Source: Actinomycetes bacterium (lineage in GTDB: Bacteria > Actinomycetota > Actinomycetes > S36-B12). Taken from it: a stretch of DNA of 64,000 nucleotides. This document shows, piece after piece, positions 1 to 10,183 of the stretch; position 1 is the first letter of the stretch, and each line of letters starts with the position of its first letter. The stretch is from NCBI GenBank assembly GCA_965278965.1, contig OZ257127.1, forward strand, positions 2,808,567-2,872,566, written 5' to 3'. Under the pieces are notes generated by a model. That model saw only the letters and a list, made by a program, of their open reading frames with translations. It was not told where the DNA came from and searched no databases. Both the position numbers and the translations under genes were made by a program.

Positions 1-744
1 TCCCGCGTGCTGATCACCGGCTCGCATCCGGAGTACCACACGCTCGAGACGATGAGCGCGACCAAAGAGTTCCGCGATGCGGGCGGGCGGATCATGTACC
101 TCGGCGCGAACGGCTTCTACTGGGTCACGGGAGTCGTCAGTGAGTCACCCCTGGTCACGGAGATCCGGCGAGGTCAGACGGGCATCCGCAGCTGGGAGTC
201 CTACCCGGGAGAGGTCACCCTCCAGTCGACCGGTGAGCCTGGGGGACTGTGGCGGCATCGCGGCATCGCTCCCAACACGATCGTCGGCGTCGGAATGGCC
301 GCTCAGGGGTGGGGCCAGTCGGAGCCGTACTGGAGATCGCCGATCTCGTTCTCCGACGACTACGCGTGGATCTTCGACGGCGTTGACGAGGAGCCGCTGG
401 GTGCCTATGGCTTTGTCATGGGCGGAGCGGCCGGCGACGAGCTTGACCGGTTCGACCCTGCTCTCGGCTCCCCGTCCGGCACGGTCGTCCTCGCCTCCTC
501 GAGGAACCACACGAAGTACTACCAACGTGTCGTCGAAGAGGTGGCGATGAACTTCCCCGGCTACGGCGGCGGTGACCAAGACCCCGAGGTGCACGCGGAC
601 ATGGTCTACGTCGAGACACCGGGGGGAGGCCGAGTCTTCTCGGTCGGATCGATCGCGTGGTCCGGTGCGCTCCTTGTCAACGGGGGTGACAACGGTGTCT
701 CGCGGGTGACGCGAAACGTGCTGCAGGGCTTCCTTTCGACCTGA
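1..744 (+). CDS. N,N-dimethylformamidase large-subunit-like amidase family protein, C-terminal part (5' end outside window)
   Basis: Frame 1 is open from base 1 to TGA 742-744. The peptide LITGSHPEYHT..IMYLGANGFYWV..GDELDRFD recalls the C-terminal domain of DmfA2-like proteins. Family call is from memory, not searched. Confidence 0.55.
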   Translation, partial: SRVLITGSHPEYHTLETMSATKEFRDAGGRIMYLGANGFYWVTGVVSESPLVTEIRRGQTGIRSWESYPGEVTLQSTGEPGGLWRHRGIAPNTIVGVGMAAQGWGQSEPYWRSPISFSDDYAWIFDGVDEEPLGAYGFVMGGAAGDELDRFDPALGSPSGTVVLASSRNHTKYYQRVVEEVAMNFPGYGGGDQDPEVHADMVYVETPGGGRVFSVGSIAWSGALLVNGGDNGVSRVTRNVLQGFLST

Positions 745-780
745 CGCGCCAGGAGGGCCGCCGGGCTTGACGCGCGGCCG

Positions 781-798
781 CCTATAATGGACTATAGG
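781..798. promoter_or_regulatory. Palindrome CCTATA-N6-TATAGG in an AT-rich patch (781-820) just upstream of the puuD-like operon
   Basis: Perfect 6-bp inverted repeat read directly. The AT-rich patch contrasts with the >70% GC flanks. An AGGAG Shine-Dalgarno at 816-820 precedes GTG 825. Confidence 0.3.
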
Positions 799-824
799 AT
801 AAGCCAATAACTGATAGGAGCACT

Positions 825-1574
825 GTGCGGCCCATCGTCGGTATTACGACGCGGCGACTGCCCGCCTCGGCAATGGGGAACGTCCCTGCGGGCGTCGCCC
901 ACACAGAGCTCGACGGCGTGGTGGCCGACTACGCCCGTGTCGTCCACGAGGCAGGCGGCGTGCCGATCATGCTGACGCGGTACGCCGACCCGGAGGACGT
1001 CGTCGCCGTCGTAGACGCCGTGCTTCTCAGCGGCGGCGAGGACGTCGAGCCCGCACGCTACGGGGGACGAGCCGACGAGCACTCGACGACCCACGACACG
1101 CAGCGGGACGCCTTCGAGGTGGCCCTCGTCGCCGCTGCACTCGCGGCAGACGTCCCGTTGCTCGGCATCTGCCGGGGGACGCAACTACTCAACGTCGCGC
1201 TCGGTGGCACCCTCATCGCCGACGTCCCGGACAACGACGACTTCTCCCATCACCGGACGGACGAGCGGCCCGAGGCCCGACGGCACAGCGTCCGGCTCCT
1301 GGAGTCGACCCAGCTGAGTCGGATCTACGCCGACAGCGCCGACGAGAACGGCGACATCTTCGTGAACAGCTTCCACCATCAAGCCGTCGCAACCCTCGGC
1401 AGCGGACTGCGGGTTGCCGCCGCCGCCTCCGACGGGACGATCGAAGGCATCGAGCTCGACGACCGTCCCGTCGTCGGCGTGCAGTGGCATCCCGAGTGGC
1501 ACCAGGGGTGCGACTCGGTCATCGCATGGCTCGTCCTCCAAGCAGGCTCTCGGAAGGCAGGGAACACTCAGTGA
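825..1574 (+). CDS. gamma-glutamyl-amide hydrolase, class-I glutamine amidotransferase / peptidase C26 (PuuD-like)
   Basis: 249-aa ORF with GICRGTQLLNVALGG (nucleophile Cys), HHQAV and VGVQWHPE motifs. AGGAG RBS upstream. Its TGA overlaps the next gene's GTG. Confidence 0.8.
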   Translation: MRPIVGITTRRLPASAMGNVPAGVAHTELDGVVADYARVVHEAGGVPIMLTRYADPEDVVAVVDAVLLSGGEDVEPARYGGRADEHSTTHDTQRDAFEVALVAAALAADVPLLGICRGTQLLNVALGGTLIADVPDNDDFSHHRTDERPEARRHSVRLLESTQLSRIYADSADENGDIFVNSFHHQAVATLGSGLRVAAAASDGTIEGIELDDRPVVGVQWHPEWHQGCDSVIAWLVLQAGSRKAGNTQ

Positions 1575-2332
1575 TCATCAGTCACGCGGGGAAGGTCGCG
1601 CTCGTCACCGGCGCCGGCTCGGGGATCGGTCGAGGCATTGCACGAAGGCTCGTCGAAGACGGGGCCGCCGTGGCGGTCGTCGACGTGAGCGGCGAGGCCG
1701 CCGAGCAGGTCGCGGCGGAGCTTCGCGACCTCGGCGGTACCACGATCGCCGTCGCGGCAGACGTGCGCAGCCGGCGTGAGGTGCACGACGCCGTCGCGCG
1801 GGCTGTGGGCGAGCTGGGGTCTCTAGACCTGCTGGTCAACAACGCCGGCGTCGTGACGATGTCGCCGCTCGACGAGCTCACCGACGACGAGTGGGACTTT
1901 GTCGTCGATGTCAACCTGAAGGGACAGTTCATCTGCGCCCAGGAGGCAAGCCGCGTGATGCCGGCCGGGGGCGCCATCGTCAATCTCTCTACGATCGAGG
2001 CCGAGGTCGTCGTGTCGTCGAGTGGGCACTGCCAGGTGCACTACAACGCGTCGAAGGGCGGGGTGCCGGTGCTCACGAAGGCCCTCGCCGTCGAGCTCGC
2101 GTCGCGCGGCATCCGCGTGAACGCGGTAGCGCCCGGCCCGGTCAACACACGATTCAGCGGAGGCGAGATCACCGGACCCGATGCGATGGCCTTCATGATG
2201 CAGCGCCTCCTGGTCCCGCGCGTGGGCGAACCGGAGGACATCGCGAACGCTGTCTCGTTCCTCCTGTCCGACGCATCGGCATTCATCGACGGGACTCAGC
2301 TGGTGGTTGACGGAGGGTGGCTCACTCGATGA
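1571..2332 (+). CDS. short-chain dehydrogenase/reductase (SDR)
   Basis: TGAGSGIGRG cofactor motif and YNASKGG (YxxxK). GTG 1571 overlaps the upstream stop (GTGA). The longer ORF-track start at 1484 lies inside the upstream gene. Confidence 0.85.
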   Translation: MIISHAGKVALVTGAGSGIGRGIARRLVEDGAAVAVVDVSGEAAEQVAAELRDLGGTTIAVAADVRSRREVHDAVARAVGELGSLDLLVNNAGVVTMSPLDELTDDEWDFVVDVNLKGQFICAQEASRVMPAGGAIVNLSTIEAEVVVSSSGHCQVHYNASKGGVPVLTKALAVELASRGIRVNAVAPGPVNTRFSGGEITGPDAMAFMMQRLLVPRVGEPEDIANAVSFLLSDASAFIDGTQLVVDGGWLTR

Positions 2333-3684
2333 ACGGGCTCGTCGGCATGGATCAGCTCGAGCCGGACTTCGACACGGTCATCGTCGTCGCTCCGGACATG
2401 CACGGACGCCTCCTCGGCAAGCGCATGTCTCCTCGCAAGTTCCGCGAGTTCTCCGAGCGAGGCGTCGCCATGTCGGCCTGCACCTTCGGGTGGGACATCG
2501 CCCAGGACATGGGCCTGGAGGTGCCGTACGCAGGGTGGCACACCGGTTGGAAGGACTTCGTCCTCGCGCCTGACCTCTCGACCATCCGGCGGGCGGCCTG
2601 GCTGGAGCGGACCGCGATCGTGATGTCGGACGTCGTGGAGGAGTCCGATGGATCACCTGTCGAGATCACGCCTCGGCGCATCCTCCGGCGACAGGTCGAG
2701 CTCCTCGCGCAGCAGGGATTCACGTGCGATGTCGGCACCGAGCTGGAGTTTCACCTGTATCGAGAGTCCTACGACGACCTCCGGCGGGATGGCTATCACA
2801 CGAGGACGCCGACAACGCTCATTCACTCCGACTACGCGGTGCAGCAGGTAAACGCTTGGGAGCCCTTCTTCCAGCGGCTCCGTCGATGCCTGGATGAGTC
2901 CGGCCTCGATGTCGAGATGAGCCAGGGCGAATGGGGTCTCGGGCAATGGGAGATCAACCTGACCTACAGTGATGCGCTCGACATGTGCGACCGGCATGTG
3001 CTGTTCAAACTCGCGGTCAAGGACGTAGCGGCCCAGTCCGGCCTTTCGGCGACGTTCATGTCGAAGCCGAACGCCGGGCAGGTCGGGTCGTCCTGCCACA
3101 TCCACCTGTCGCTCGCCTCGGCCGATGGGGAGCCGCCCGCGTTCTGGGACCCGGAGGGGCCCTACTCGATGAGCATGGCGATGCGCAGCGCTGTCGGCGG
3201 CGTCCTCGACCGCGCTCCCGAGCTCATGGTCTTCTACGCGCCGACGATCAACTCCTACCGCCGGACGGACAGCGAGGAGTTTGCCGGCCGCGGAGCCTCG
3301 TGGGGGTACGACAACCGCACGGTCTCCTGCCGCATCCTGGGCACCGAGCCCCACTCGATCCGGATGGAGTGGCGAGTGCCAGGCGCGGACGTCAACCCCT
3401 ACCTCGCCGTCGCTGCCCTGATCGCGTCCGTGAACGACGGACTCAGGAACGGGACAGACCCGGGACCGGCGAGGACCGGCGACGTCTACCAGCAGGACAT
3501 CGGACCTCTGCTCCCGGAGACCCTCGATGTGTCGGCACGGCTTTTCCGAACCAGCCAGTTCACCTCGGACGCCTTCACGGACGAGGTCGTCGAGCAGTAC
3601 GCACGCGCGGCCGAATGGGAGTCTCGGGCCTTCCGGAACTCGGTGACCGACTGGGAGATGCAGCGCTACTACGAGAACACCTGA
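2329..3684 (+). CDS. glutamine synthetase-family gamma-glutamyl-amine synthetase (PuuA/GlnA2-4-like)
   Basis: About 450-aa GS catalytic-domain protein (GTELEFHLY, NAGQVGSSCHIHLSL, NSYRR motifs). ATG 2329 overlaps the SDR stop (ATGA). An alternative start at 2317 is possible. Confidence 0.85.
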   Translation: MNGLVGMDQLEPDFDTVIVVAPDMHGRLLGKRMSPRKFREFSERGVAMSACTFGWDIAQDMGLEVPYAGWHTGWKDFVLAPDLSTIRRAAWLERTAIVMSDVVEESDGSPVEITPRRILRRQVELLAQQGFTCDVGTELEFHLYRESYDDLRRDGYHTRTPTTLIHSDYAVQQVNAWEPFFQRLRRCLDESGLDVEMSQGEWGLGQWEINLTYSDALDMCDRHVLFKLAVKDVAAQSGLSATFMSKPNAGQVGSSCHIHLSLASADGEPPAFWDPEGPYSMSMAMRSAVGGVLDRAPELMVFYAPTINSYRRTDSEEFAGRGASWGYDNRTVSCRILGTEPHSIRMEWRVPGADVNPYLAVAALIASVNDGLRNGTDPGPARTGDVYQQDIGPLLPETLDVSARLFRTSQFTSDAFTDEVVEQYARAAEWESRAFRNSVTDWEMQRYYENT

Positions 3685-3716
3685 CCCGTCAGCGCCTTCC
3701 CAGAAGAGGTCTTCGC

Positions 3717-5177
3717 ATGCCCCGCGCTCACACAGCCGTACCCGAGCAGCTCGACCTGATCGATGGCGAGCTCCGCGTCCCAGCCGGAGATCCGGGGGCG
3801 TGGCTCGCAGACCCGAACACCGGCGCCGACCTCGCCCGTGCGGCATCGACAACGGCACGGGATGTGGACGCCGCCATCGCGGTTGCGAGCCGGGTTCACG
3901 CGGACGGCACGTGGCATGCCTTGCCGCGCGACCAGCGCGTCGCTGCCCTCCACCGGGTCGCTGTGGAGCTTGAGGCGGTGGTCGAGGACGTCGCCGTTGC
4001 GGAGTGTCTCGGCAGCGGCGTGCCGCTCGCAGTCACGAGGCTGTTCGCGGGATCGCTGCCCGATTCGTTCCGCGCGGCCGCGTCGTACCTCGACGGGGAC
4101 CCGGTCCTCGAGCTGGGCGAGGAGGACCGTGTGGTGGAGCTGCTCCGGCTCCCATGGGGTCCTGCTGCGGTGCTCGTGCCGTGGAACGCGCCCGCCGCGA
4201 TGGCCGCGAAGAAGTCTGCGTACGCGCTCGCCGCGGGGTGCCCGGTGATTGTCAAGCCGCCGGAGGCCGCTCCGCTGAGCGTGCAGTACCTGGCCGCCGC
4301 CGTCCAGCGGGCGGACTTGCCTCCCGGGGCGTTCCAGATGGTCCACGGCGGCCCTGAGGTTGGGGTCACTCTGACCACCGATCCGCGGGTCGCGGCGGTG
4401 TCCTTCACCGGGTCCGTGGCGACGGGTCGCGCGGTCGCTGTGGGCGCCGCCGCGACCTTCAAGGCCATGCAGCTCGAGCTGGGGGGCAACAACCCCGTGG
4501 TCGTGCTGCCGGATGCGGACATCGAACTAGCGGCCCAGGCGTTGGCCGACGGCATGGTCAAGCTGAACGGTCAGTGGTGCGAAGGCCCGGGAAAGGTCTT
4601 CGTCGCGGGGTCCGTCCATGACGAGCTCCTCGATGCCCTCTCGGCGCGACTGAGGTCCTTCGTCATTGGCGACACCTGGAGCACGACGTCCGACATCGGC
4701 CCGCTCGCCAACCGGAGTCACCGGGAGCAGCTGGATGACCAGGTATCCGCGATCGAGGTGGCGGGCGGCCGTGTCCAGGTGTGCGGGACCCCACCCGAGT
4801 CGGGCGGCTGGTTCTGGGCGCCACGGATCGTCACGGATGCGCCAAGTGACGCGTGCGTAGACGAGCTGTTCGGGCCAGTAGTCACCATCCATCGCGTCAC
4901 GTCCGATGCGGAGGCGGTCTCGCTCGCGAACGACTCGCCGTACGGCCTAGCCGCGTATGTGTTCTCCGGCGACCTGGGCCGTGGCCTCGCTGTGGCCCGA
5001 GCGCTTCGGTTTGGCGAGGTGAAGGTGAACGGAACAAGCATCCTGGACCTGTCCGAAGAGTCGGCGCAGAGCTTCTGGCGGGGCAGTGGGATCGGCGGGC
5101 ACGGGAACCGTGAGCTGTTCGAGTTCTTCCGCGGGACGCAGATCGTCGGGATGGACCGCGCGGGACTTCCGCTCTAG
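3717..5177 (+). CDS. NAD(P)-dependent aldehyde dehydrogenase
   Basis: FTGSVATG, ELGGNNP and NGQWCEGPG motifs. ATG 3717 is in frame within the 730-aa ORF 2985-5177, whose upstream part overlaps the GS gene and looks non-coding. Confidence 0.85.
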   Translation: MPRAHTAVPEQLDLIDGELRVPAGDPGAWLADPNTGADLARAASTTARDVDAAIAVASRVHADGTWHALPRDQRVAALHRVAVELEAVVEDVAVAECLGSGVPLAVTRLFAGSLPDSFRAAASYLDGDPVLELGEEDRVVELLRLPWGPAAVLVPWNAPAAMAAKKSAYALAAGCPVIVKPPEAAPLSVQYLAAAVQRADLPPGAFQMVHGGPEVGVTLTTDPRVAAVSFTGSVATGRAVAVGAAATFKAMQLELGGNNPVVVLPDADIELAAQALADGMVKLNGQWCEGPGKVFVAGSVHDELLDALSARLRSFVIGDTWSTTSDIGPLANRSHREQLDDQVSAIEVAGGRVQVCGTPPESGGWFWAPRIVTDAPSDACVDELFGPVVTIHRVTSDAEAVSLANDSPYGLAAYVFSGDLGRGLAVARALRFGEVKVNGTSILDLSEESAQSFWRGSGIGGHGNRELFEFFRGTQIVGMDRAGLPL

Positions 5178-5228
5178 CGCTCAGAACAGACGCGGGACCT
5201 GGCTCGCACGTCACGTCGAGCAATCCAG

Positions 5229-6314
5229 ATGATGGAGATGATCATGACCGATGACCTCTTTGGCAGTGGGCACGAGCAGGTGGTGCTGTGCCACAACCCG
5301 GAGTCTGGACTCAAAGCCGTAATCGCCTTGTACTCGACCGCCCTGGGGCCATCGTTGGGGGGAACCCGCTTCCACCCCTACGGGTCGTCGCAGGAGGCGA
5401 TCGACGATGCGCTGCGGCTGTCCAAGGCGATGGCCTACAAGAACTCCCTCGCCGGGCTCGACCACGGCGGGGGGAAAGCCGTCATCATCGGCGACCCCGA
5501 CACCCTCAAGTCGGAGACCTTGTTGCGAGCGTACGGTCGGTTCGTTGACGGGCTGAACGGCCGCTACTTGACCGCGTGTGACGTCGGCACCTACAGCCCC
5601 GACATGGACGTCATCGCCAGGGAGACGCCGTACGTCACAGGTCGGACCGTCGCGAACGGCGGGGCCGGCGACTCATCGATTCTGACCGCGTGGGGCGTGT
5701 ATCAGGGCATGCGGGCCGCGGCACAACATCGGTGGGGAAGCACGTCTCTGGCCGGTAAGCGGATCGGGGTCGCAGGAGCGGGCAAGGTGGGCTCTCGCCT
5801 CACCGAACTACTGGTTGACGCGGACGCCATCGTGACGATCGCCGACCCGCATCGTCCAGCGGTCGACGCCCTCATCGCCCGGTTCCCGAACGTGTCCGCG
5901 GTAGGGACGACCGAGGACCTGCTGGCCGTCGACATCGACATCTACTCACCGTGCGCCATGGGCGGGGCCATCAACCGCGCGTCGATCGCGTCGCTCACGG
6001 CGGCGATCGTGTGTGGGGGAGCCAACAACCAGCTGTCCGAGCCCGGTATCGATCGAGAGCTGGCTGACCGGGGCGTGCTCTACGCACCGGACTACTGCGT
6101 CAACGCCGGTGGGGTCATCCAGATCGCGGACGAACTCACGGGCTTCGACTTCGAACGAGCCAAGGCTCGGGCAACACGCATCTTCGACACGACACTTCGA
6201 GTACTCGACCTCGCCGCATCGACCGGAGTCACCACCGCGGCCGCGGCAGACCGACTCGCGGAACAGCGGATCGTCGACGTCAGCCAACTCGCCACCATCT
6301 ACCGCCGCACCTAG
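5229..6314 (+). CDS. leucine/valine dehydrogenase (Glu/Leu/Phe/Val dehydrogenase family)
   Basis: [22 protein letters not shown] (catalytic Lys) and the [12 protein letters not shown] Rossmann motif. Confidence 0.85.
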   Translation: MMEMIMTDDLFGSGHEQVVLCHNPESGLKAVIALYSTALGPSLGGTRFHPYGSSQEAIDDALRLSKAMAYKNSLAGLDHGGGKAVIIGDPDTLKSETLLRAYGRFVDGLNGRYLTACDVGTYSPDMDVIARETPYVTGRTVANGGAGDSSILTAWGVYQGMRAAAQHRWGSTSLAGKRIGVAGAGKVGSRLTELLVDADAIVTIADPHRPAVDALIARFPNVSAVGTTEDLLAVDIDIYSPCAMGGAINRASIASLTAAIVCGGANNQLSEPGIDRELADRGVLYAPDYCVNAGGVIQIADELTGFDFERAKARATRIFDTTLRVLDLAASTGVTTAAAADRLAEQRIVDVSQLATIYRRT

Positions 6315-6413
6315 CAGACGGCCATCCCCGCGTAGGACGCGCGGAAGGTGTGTGCCGGCCGACCGCAGCGGACTGGCGCGCGGGACCTTTCGACCTTCGA
6401 CTCGAAGCCGAGG

Positions 6414-6968
6414 CTATGTCCGTGTCCCGGGCGGATGGCCTCCGGCGATACGGCGCTCGATGAGACCCGCGATGCGGTAGTCGACAAGTTCGCGCATGAC
6501 GAGAGACGTCGTCGTGCGGACGATGCCAGGCACAGCCAGAATCGTCCCCGCGACGCGGTAGAGGTCGTCTGCGTCGGTCGCGACGACGTGGATGAGGAGA
6601 TCGAACGGGCCACTGATCCCGTGCACCTGAAGGACTTCGGGAATTCTGTCGAGCGCGCGGGAGACAGCTTCGAGCTTGCTCTGCGTCACCTGTGCAGTGA
6701 CGAACGCGGTGAGCGGGTAGCCGAGGGACTCCGGAGCGATGCGTCGCTCGAAGGTCCCAAGGGCGCCGCCCTCCTCGAGCCTGGTGAGCCGGGTCTGCAC
6801 GGTGTTCCGGGCGAGGCCGAGTCGCTCGGAGAGAGCAACGACCGTCGATCTCGGGTGTGCGGCGAGAGCGAGGAGGAGACGCGCGTCGATGGCATCGACC
6901 GCAGGATGCCTGCGCAAATCGGCCTCCGGGGACGTTGGTGGATGCCTGGGAATGTCCATTATGCTCAA
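6414..6968 (-). CDS. Lrp/AsnC family transcriptional regulator
   Basis: N-terminal HTH (IDARLLLALAAHPRSTVVALSERLGLARNTVQTRLTRLEE) plus a RAM/AsnC_trans_reg domain. Start is TTG 6968 or ATG 6959. Confidence 0.85.
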   Translation of the reverse strand: MSIMDIPRHPPTSPEADLRRHPAVDAIDARLLLALAAHPRSTVVALSERLGLARNTVQTRLTRLEEGGALGTFERRIAPESLGYPLTAFVTAQVTQSKLEAVSRALDRIPEVLQVHGISGPFDLLIHVVATDADDLYRVAGTILAVPGIVRTTTSLVMRELVDYRIAGLIERRIAGGHPPGTRT

Positions 6969-6974
6969 TTCTGG

Positions 6975-7000
6975 GTCAATCCCTTGTTAATAATGTTGAC
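6975..7000. promoter_or_regulatory. GTCAA-N16(AT-rich)-TTGAC inverted repeat in the Lrp/E1 divergent intergenic region
   Basis: Read directly: gtcaatcccttgttaataatgttgac. The 55-bp intergenic region is unusually AT-rich, which fits an Lrp-type operator or promoter. Confidence 0.3.
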
Positions 7001-7023
7001 CATCAGGAAGTGTACGGATCACT

Positions 7024-9351
7024 ATGCAGCATTCAACCCCGATGGCGTCCATTCCCGAACTCGCGGACCTGCCCGACTTCTCGACGCTTGAGGCAATCGA
7101 GCGGCGTGTGCTGTGGCTGGCGACGTCGATGATTCATCACGCGAACCGCGTCCGGCCTAACGTGTCAGGTCTGAAGGTCGGAGGTCACCAGTCGTCGTCG
7201 GCGTCGATGGTGTCGATCATGACCACGCTGTGGTTCCGGCATCTGCGTGTCGAGGATCGGGTGTCGGTCAAGCCGCACGCGTCGCCCGTGCTGCACGCGA
7301 TCAACTACCTTCTCGGCGGCCTTGACGAGGATCGCTTGGTGACCCTGCGTGAGTTCGGAGGGTTGCAGAGCTACCCGAGTCGCTCGAAGGACCCAGACCG
7401 CGTTGACTATTCCACGGGTTCTGTAGGTATCGGGGCGACGGCGCCAGTCTGGGGCGCGGTCGCTCGCAGGTACGTCAACGATGCCTTCGGCGGTCAAGGC
7501 TTGGGGCGCCAGTACTCGCTGCTCGGTGACGCTGAGCTGGACGAGGGAGCGATCTGGGAGACCGTGCTGGATCCGATGGTCAGCGAGCTAGGCGAGGTCG
7601 TCTGGATCGTCGACCTGAACCGCCAGTCCCTCGACCGCGTGGTGCCGGGAATCGCAGTCGAGCGGCTGCAGTCGATGTTCGCTGGCGCGGGCTGGCAGGT
7701 CCTCACCGTCAAGTATGGGTCGCTCCTGGACGACCTCTTCGCGCGGCCGGGCGGTCGTGCCGTGCGAGAGCGGATCGACTCGATGCCCAACGCGGAGTAC
7801 CAGCGGCTCTTGCGCGCGAAGGGACCGGATGTCCGCGCTCGGTTGATCTCAGGTGCTACTGACGTCGAGGCCGTCGTGCGCGAGATCGACGACGACGCGT
7901 TGGCCCAGGCCGTGCGCAACCTTGGCGGGCACGACCTGCGAGCGCTCGACGCGGCGTTCGACCAGGTCGACGACACCCGCCCGACGGTGATCTTCGCTTA
8001 CACGGTCAAGGGATATGGACTGCCCACGGAAGGCCATCCACAGAACCACTCGGCGCTGCTCTCCGGGGAACAGGTGGCCGAGCTGGCCATTCGTCTGGGG
8101 GCCGACGCAGGGGATCCGTGGCGGCCGTTCGACCCCGATTCGGCTGAAGGGGAGGCGTGCCGGCACGTGTCCGAGGCGCTCCGACTACCGGAGGCGTCCA
8201 CTCAGCACGCACCGCAGGTGCCGACCGACCTAGGACTGACGCCCCGCGGGACGACGACCACGCAGGCTGCGGTTGGGCGCACGCTGCTGGACCTGACGCG
8301 GAAGGCGCCGGATGTGGCTCGGCGCGTTGTCACCGCTGCACCGGACGTCAGCTCGTCGACCAATCTCGGCGGATGGGTGAACAAGGTCGGTGTGTGGTCT
8401 ACCAAGGAACGTGAGGACTGGTTCGAGGACGACGGCGAGACGATCCTGCACTGGCGCGAGCGCCCGGCCGGACAGCACATCGAGCTCGGAATCGCCGAGA
8501 CGAACCTCGTCGGCCTCCTCGGCGAGCTGGGGGCGACGTGGAGCCGATGGGGCCAGCCGCTGCTGCCGATCGGCGTCGTCTACGACCCGTTCGTCGAGCG
8601 CGCGCTCGAACCCTGGTCGTTCGGGATCTACGCGGGAGGCCAGTCCATCCTCGTCGGAACCCCATCCGGCGTCAGCCTTGGGCCGGAAGGCGGTGCGCAC
8701 CAGTCGATCAAGACACCGTCGATCGGGATCGAGCAGCCGGGATGCGTCTACTACGAACCCGCATTCGCGCTCGACACCGAGTGGATCCTCCTTCACTGCT
8801 TGGGAAGGCTCGGACGCGCCGACGGGGAGTCGGCCTATCTGCGGCTGTCCACGCGACCAATCGACCAAGCGCGGGCGCTGGTACCCCTTGACCCGGAGTC
8901 GCGAGAAGCACGTCGTCGGCTGGTCGTCGCCGGCGCGTACCGGATCCGGGAGTCGATGAACCCGGCTGTGACGATCGCCGCCGTAGGCGCAGTCGTGCCC
9001 TCGGCCCTCGACGCTGCCGCAGATCTCGAACGCCTCGGTCTCGCCGCAGAGGTTGTCTGCATCACCAGCCCGGACCTCCTGATGCGCGCGGTGCTGGCCC
9101 GGCAGGGAGCCGGCGACGAGGCCGCCCCGATCCTCGACGACGTCCTTCCGGCAGACCGAGCCCGGCCACTGATCACCGTGATCGACGGCCACCCGCATAC
9201 GCTCAGCTTCCTCGCGACCGTGAACAACGTCCCGCACGTCGCCCTCGGGACGACCCGATTCGGACAGTCGGGCGATATCGCCGACGTGTACCGCTACCAC
9301 GGGATCGACGGCGCCAGCATCGTGAGCGCCGCCCTCGACCTCGTCGACTAG
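7024..9351 (+). CDS. homodimeric-type TPP-dependent 2-oxoacid dehydrogenase E1 component (AceE/transketolase-like)
   Basis: 775-aa single-chain E1 with GGHQSSSASMVSIM and GDAELDEGAIWE (TPP-binding) motifs. Shorter than canonical AceE. Confidence 0.75.
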   Translation: MQHSTPMASIPELADLPDFSTLEAIERRVLWLATSMIHHANRVRPNVSGLKVGGHQSSSASMVSIMTTLWFRHLRVEDRVSVKPHASPVLHAINYLLGGLDEDRLVTLREFGGLQSYPSRSKDPDRVDYSTGSVGIGATAPVWGAVARRYVNDAFGGQGLGRQYSLLGDAELDEGAIWETVLDPMVSELGEVVWIVDLNRQSLDRVVPGIAVERLQSMFAGAGWQVLTVKYGSLLDDLFARPGGRAVRERIDSMPNAEYQRLLRAKGPDVRARLISGATDVEAVVREIDDDALAQAVRNLGGHDLRALDAAFDQVDDTRPTVIFAYTVKGYGLPTEGHPQNHSALLSGEQVAELAIRLGADAGDPWRPFDPDSAEGEACRHVSEALRLPEASTQHAPQVPTDLGLTPRGTTTTQAAVGRTLLDLTRKAPDVARRVVTAAPDVSSSTNLGGWVNKVGVWSTKEREDWFEDDGETILHWRERPAGQHIELGIAETNLVGLLGELGATWSRWGQPLLPIGVVYDPFVERALEPWSFGIYAGGQSILVGTPSGVSLGPEGGAHQSIKTPSIGIEQPGCVYYEPAFALDTEWILLHCLGRLGRADGESAYLRLSTRPIDQARALVPLDPESREARRRLVVAGAYRIRESMNPAVTIAAVGAVVPSALDAAADLERLGLAAEVVCITSPDLLMRAVLARQGAGDEAAPILDDVLPADRARPLITVIDGHPHTLSFLATVNNVPHVALGTTRFGQSGDIADVYRYHGIDGASIVSAALDLVD

Positions 9352-9521
9352 CTCGACGAGACGCCACCGGCGCGGCGTCCTCCACAGAATCGTGAGAGGC
9401 CTACGACGTGACAAGAACCCCGTTGTGCGACTGCCGGCGTTGGGTGAGTCGACGAGGCGCGTCGGTCTGATGCCGTTATCGATCTGGGCGATCGGTAGTG
9501 GGGCGAACTTTTGGAAACGAC

Positions 9522-10025
9522 CTACTGCGGACCGGGACTCGAGCGACCCCAGCCTGAGTGACGCGTGATCTCCGTGAGCAGGGGGAGGACGCGATGCGGG
9601 ATGGGCGTAGACACGGTGAAGGTCGACGTGGTCTTGCGAACTCCTGCGAGCTGGACGATGGACGCGGTTAGGCGCTGCAGCTCCTCCAACGAGGCGATCG
9701 CGACGTGGACCAGCAGGTCCTCGCGGCCCGCCTGGATGCGGACCTCTAGCACTTCGGGGAGCCGGCGCAGGCCATCGATGATCGTGGGCATCTCGCGCTG
9801 GTCGATCTCCAGGCTCACCAAGGCCTGCACCGACATCCCGATCACCGACAGGTCGATGACCGGCTGGAAGCCGACCAGGACGCCCTCGTCCTCGAGCCGC
9901 CTCAGCCGGTGCTGGACGGTCGTCCGGCTCACTCCGAGTGCGGACGCCAGCTCGGCCACTCCGGCTCGTGCGTTCTCGATCAGTCGGGACAGCAGCTCGA
10001 CGTCGAGGCGGTCGATAGTTGCCAC
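9522..10025 (-). CDS. Lrp/AsnC family transcriptional regulator
   Basis: HTH (LDVELLSRLIENARAGVAELASALGVSRTTVQHRLRRLEDEG) plus a C-terminal effector domain. Confidence 0.85.
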   Translation of the reverse strand: MATIDRLDVELLSRLIENARAGVAELASALGVSRTTVQHRLRRLEDEGVLVGFQPVIDLSVIGMSVQALVSLEIDQREMPTIIDGLRRLPEVLEVRIQAGREDLLVHVAIASLEELQRLTASIVQLAGVRKTTSTFTVSTPIPHRVLPLLTEITRHSGWGRSSPGPQ

Positions 10026-10183
10026 TGTGGTGAGCTCCTCACGCTCGGCGACGTCTGATCACTGCGATCTGACTATCTAAACGCAGCGCACTTGACTATC
10101 GCGCGGAGCATATCGACACTTCTTCCATCATTACGTATTGATCTATTGGAATCAGATGTACCTCTTGGAGACCTGGAGTCCGA

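Noticed and set aside
767-786. TTGACG followed by TATAAT, which looks like a sigma-70-type -35/-10 pair.
   Set aside because: The spacer is only about 10 nt, against the 16-18 nt required, so the pair cannot work as one canonical promoter. The TATAAT may still be a -10 element on its own.
2985-3716. N-terminal 244-aa extension of the aldehyde dehydrogenase ORF. Similar extensions occur at 31288-31503, 46057-46473, 11757-11801, 1484-1570 and 57332-58582.
   Set aside because: The extensions overlap the preceding, well-supported genes in another frame and look non-protein-like. Internal ATG/GTG starts that give canonical N-termini and stop/start coupling fit better.
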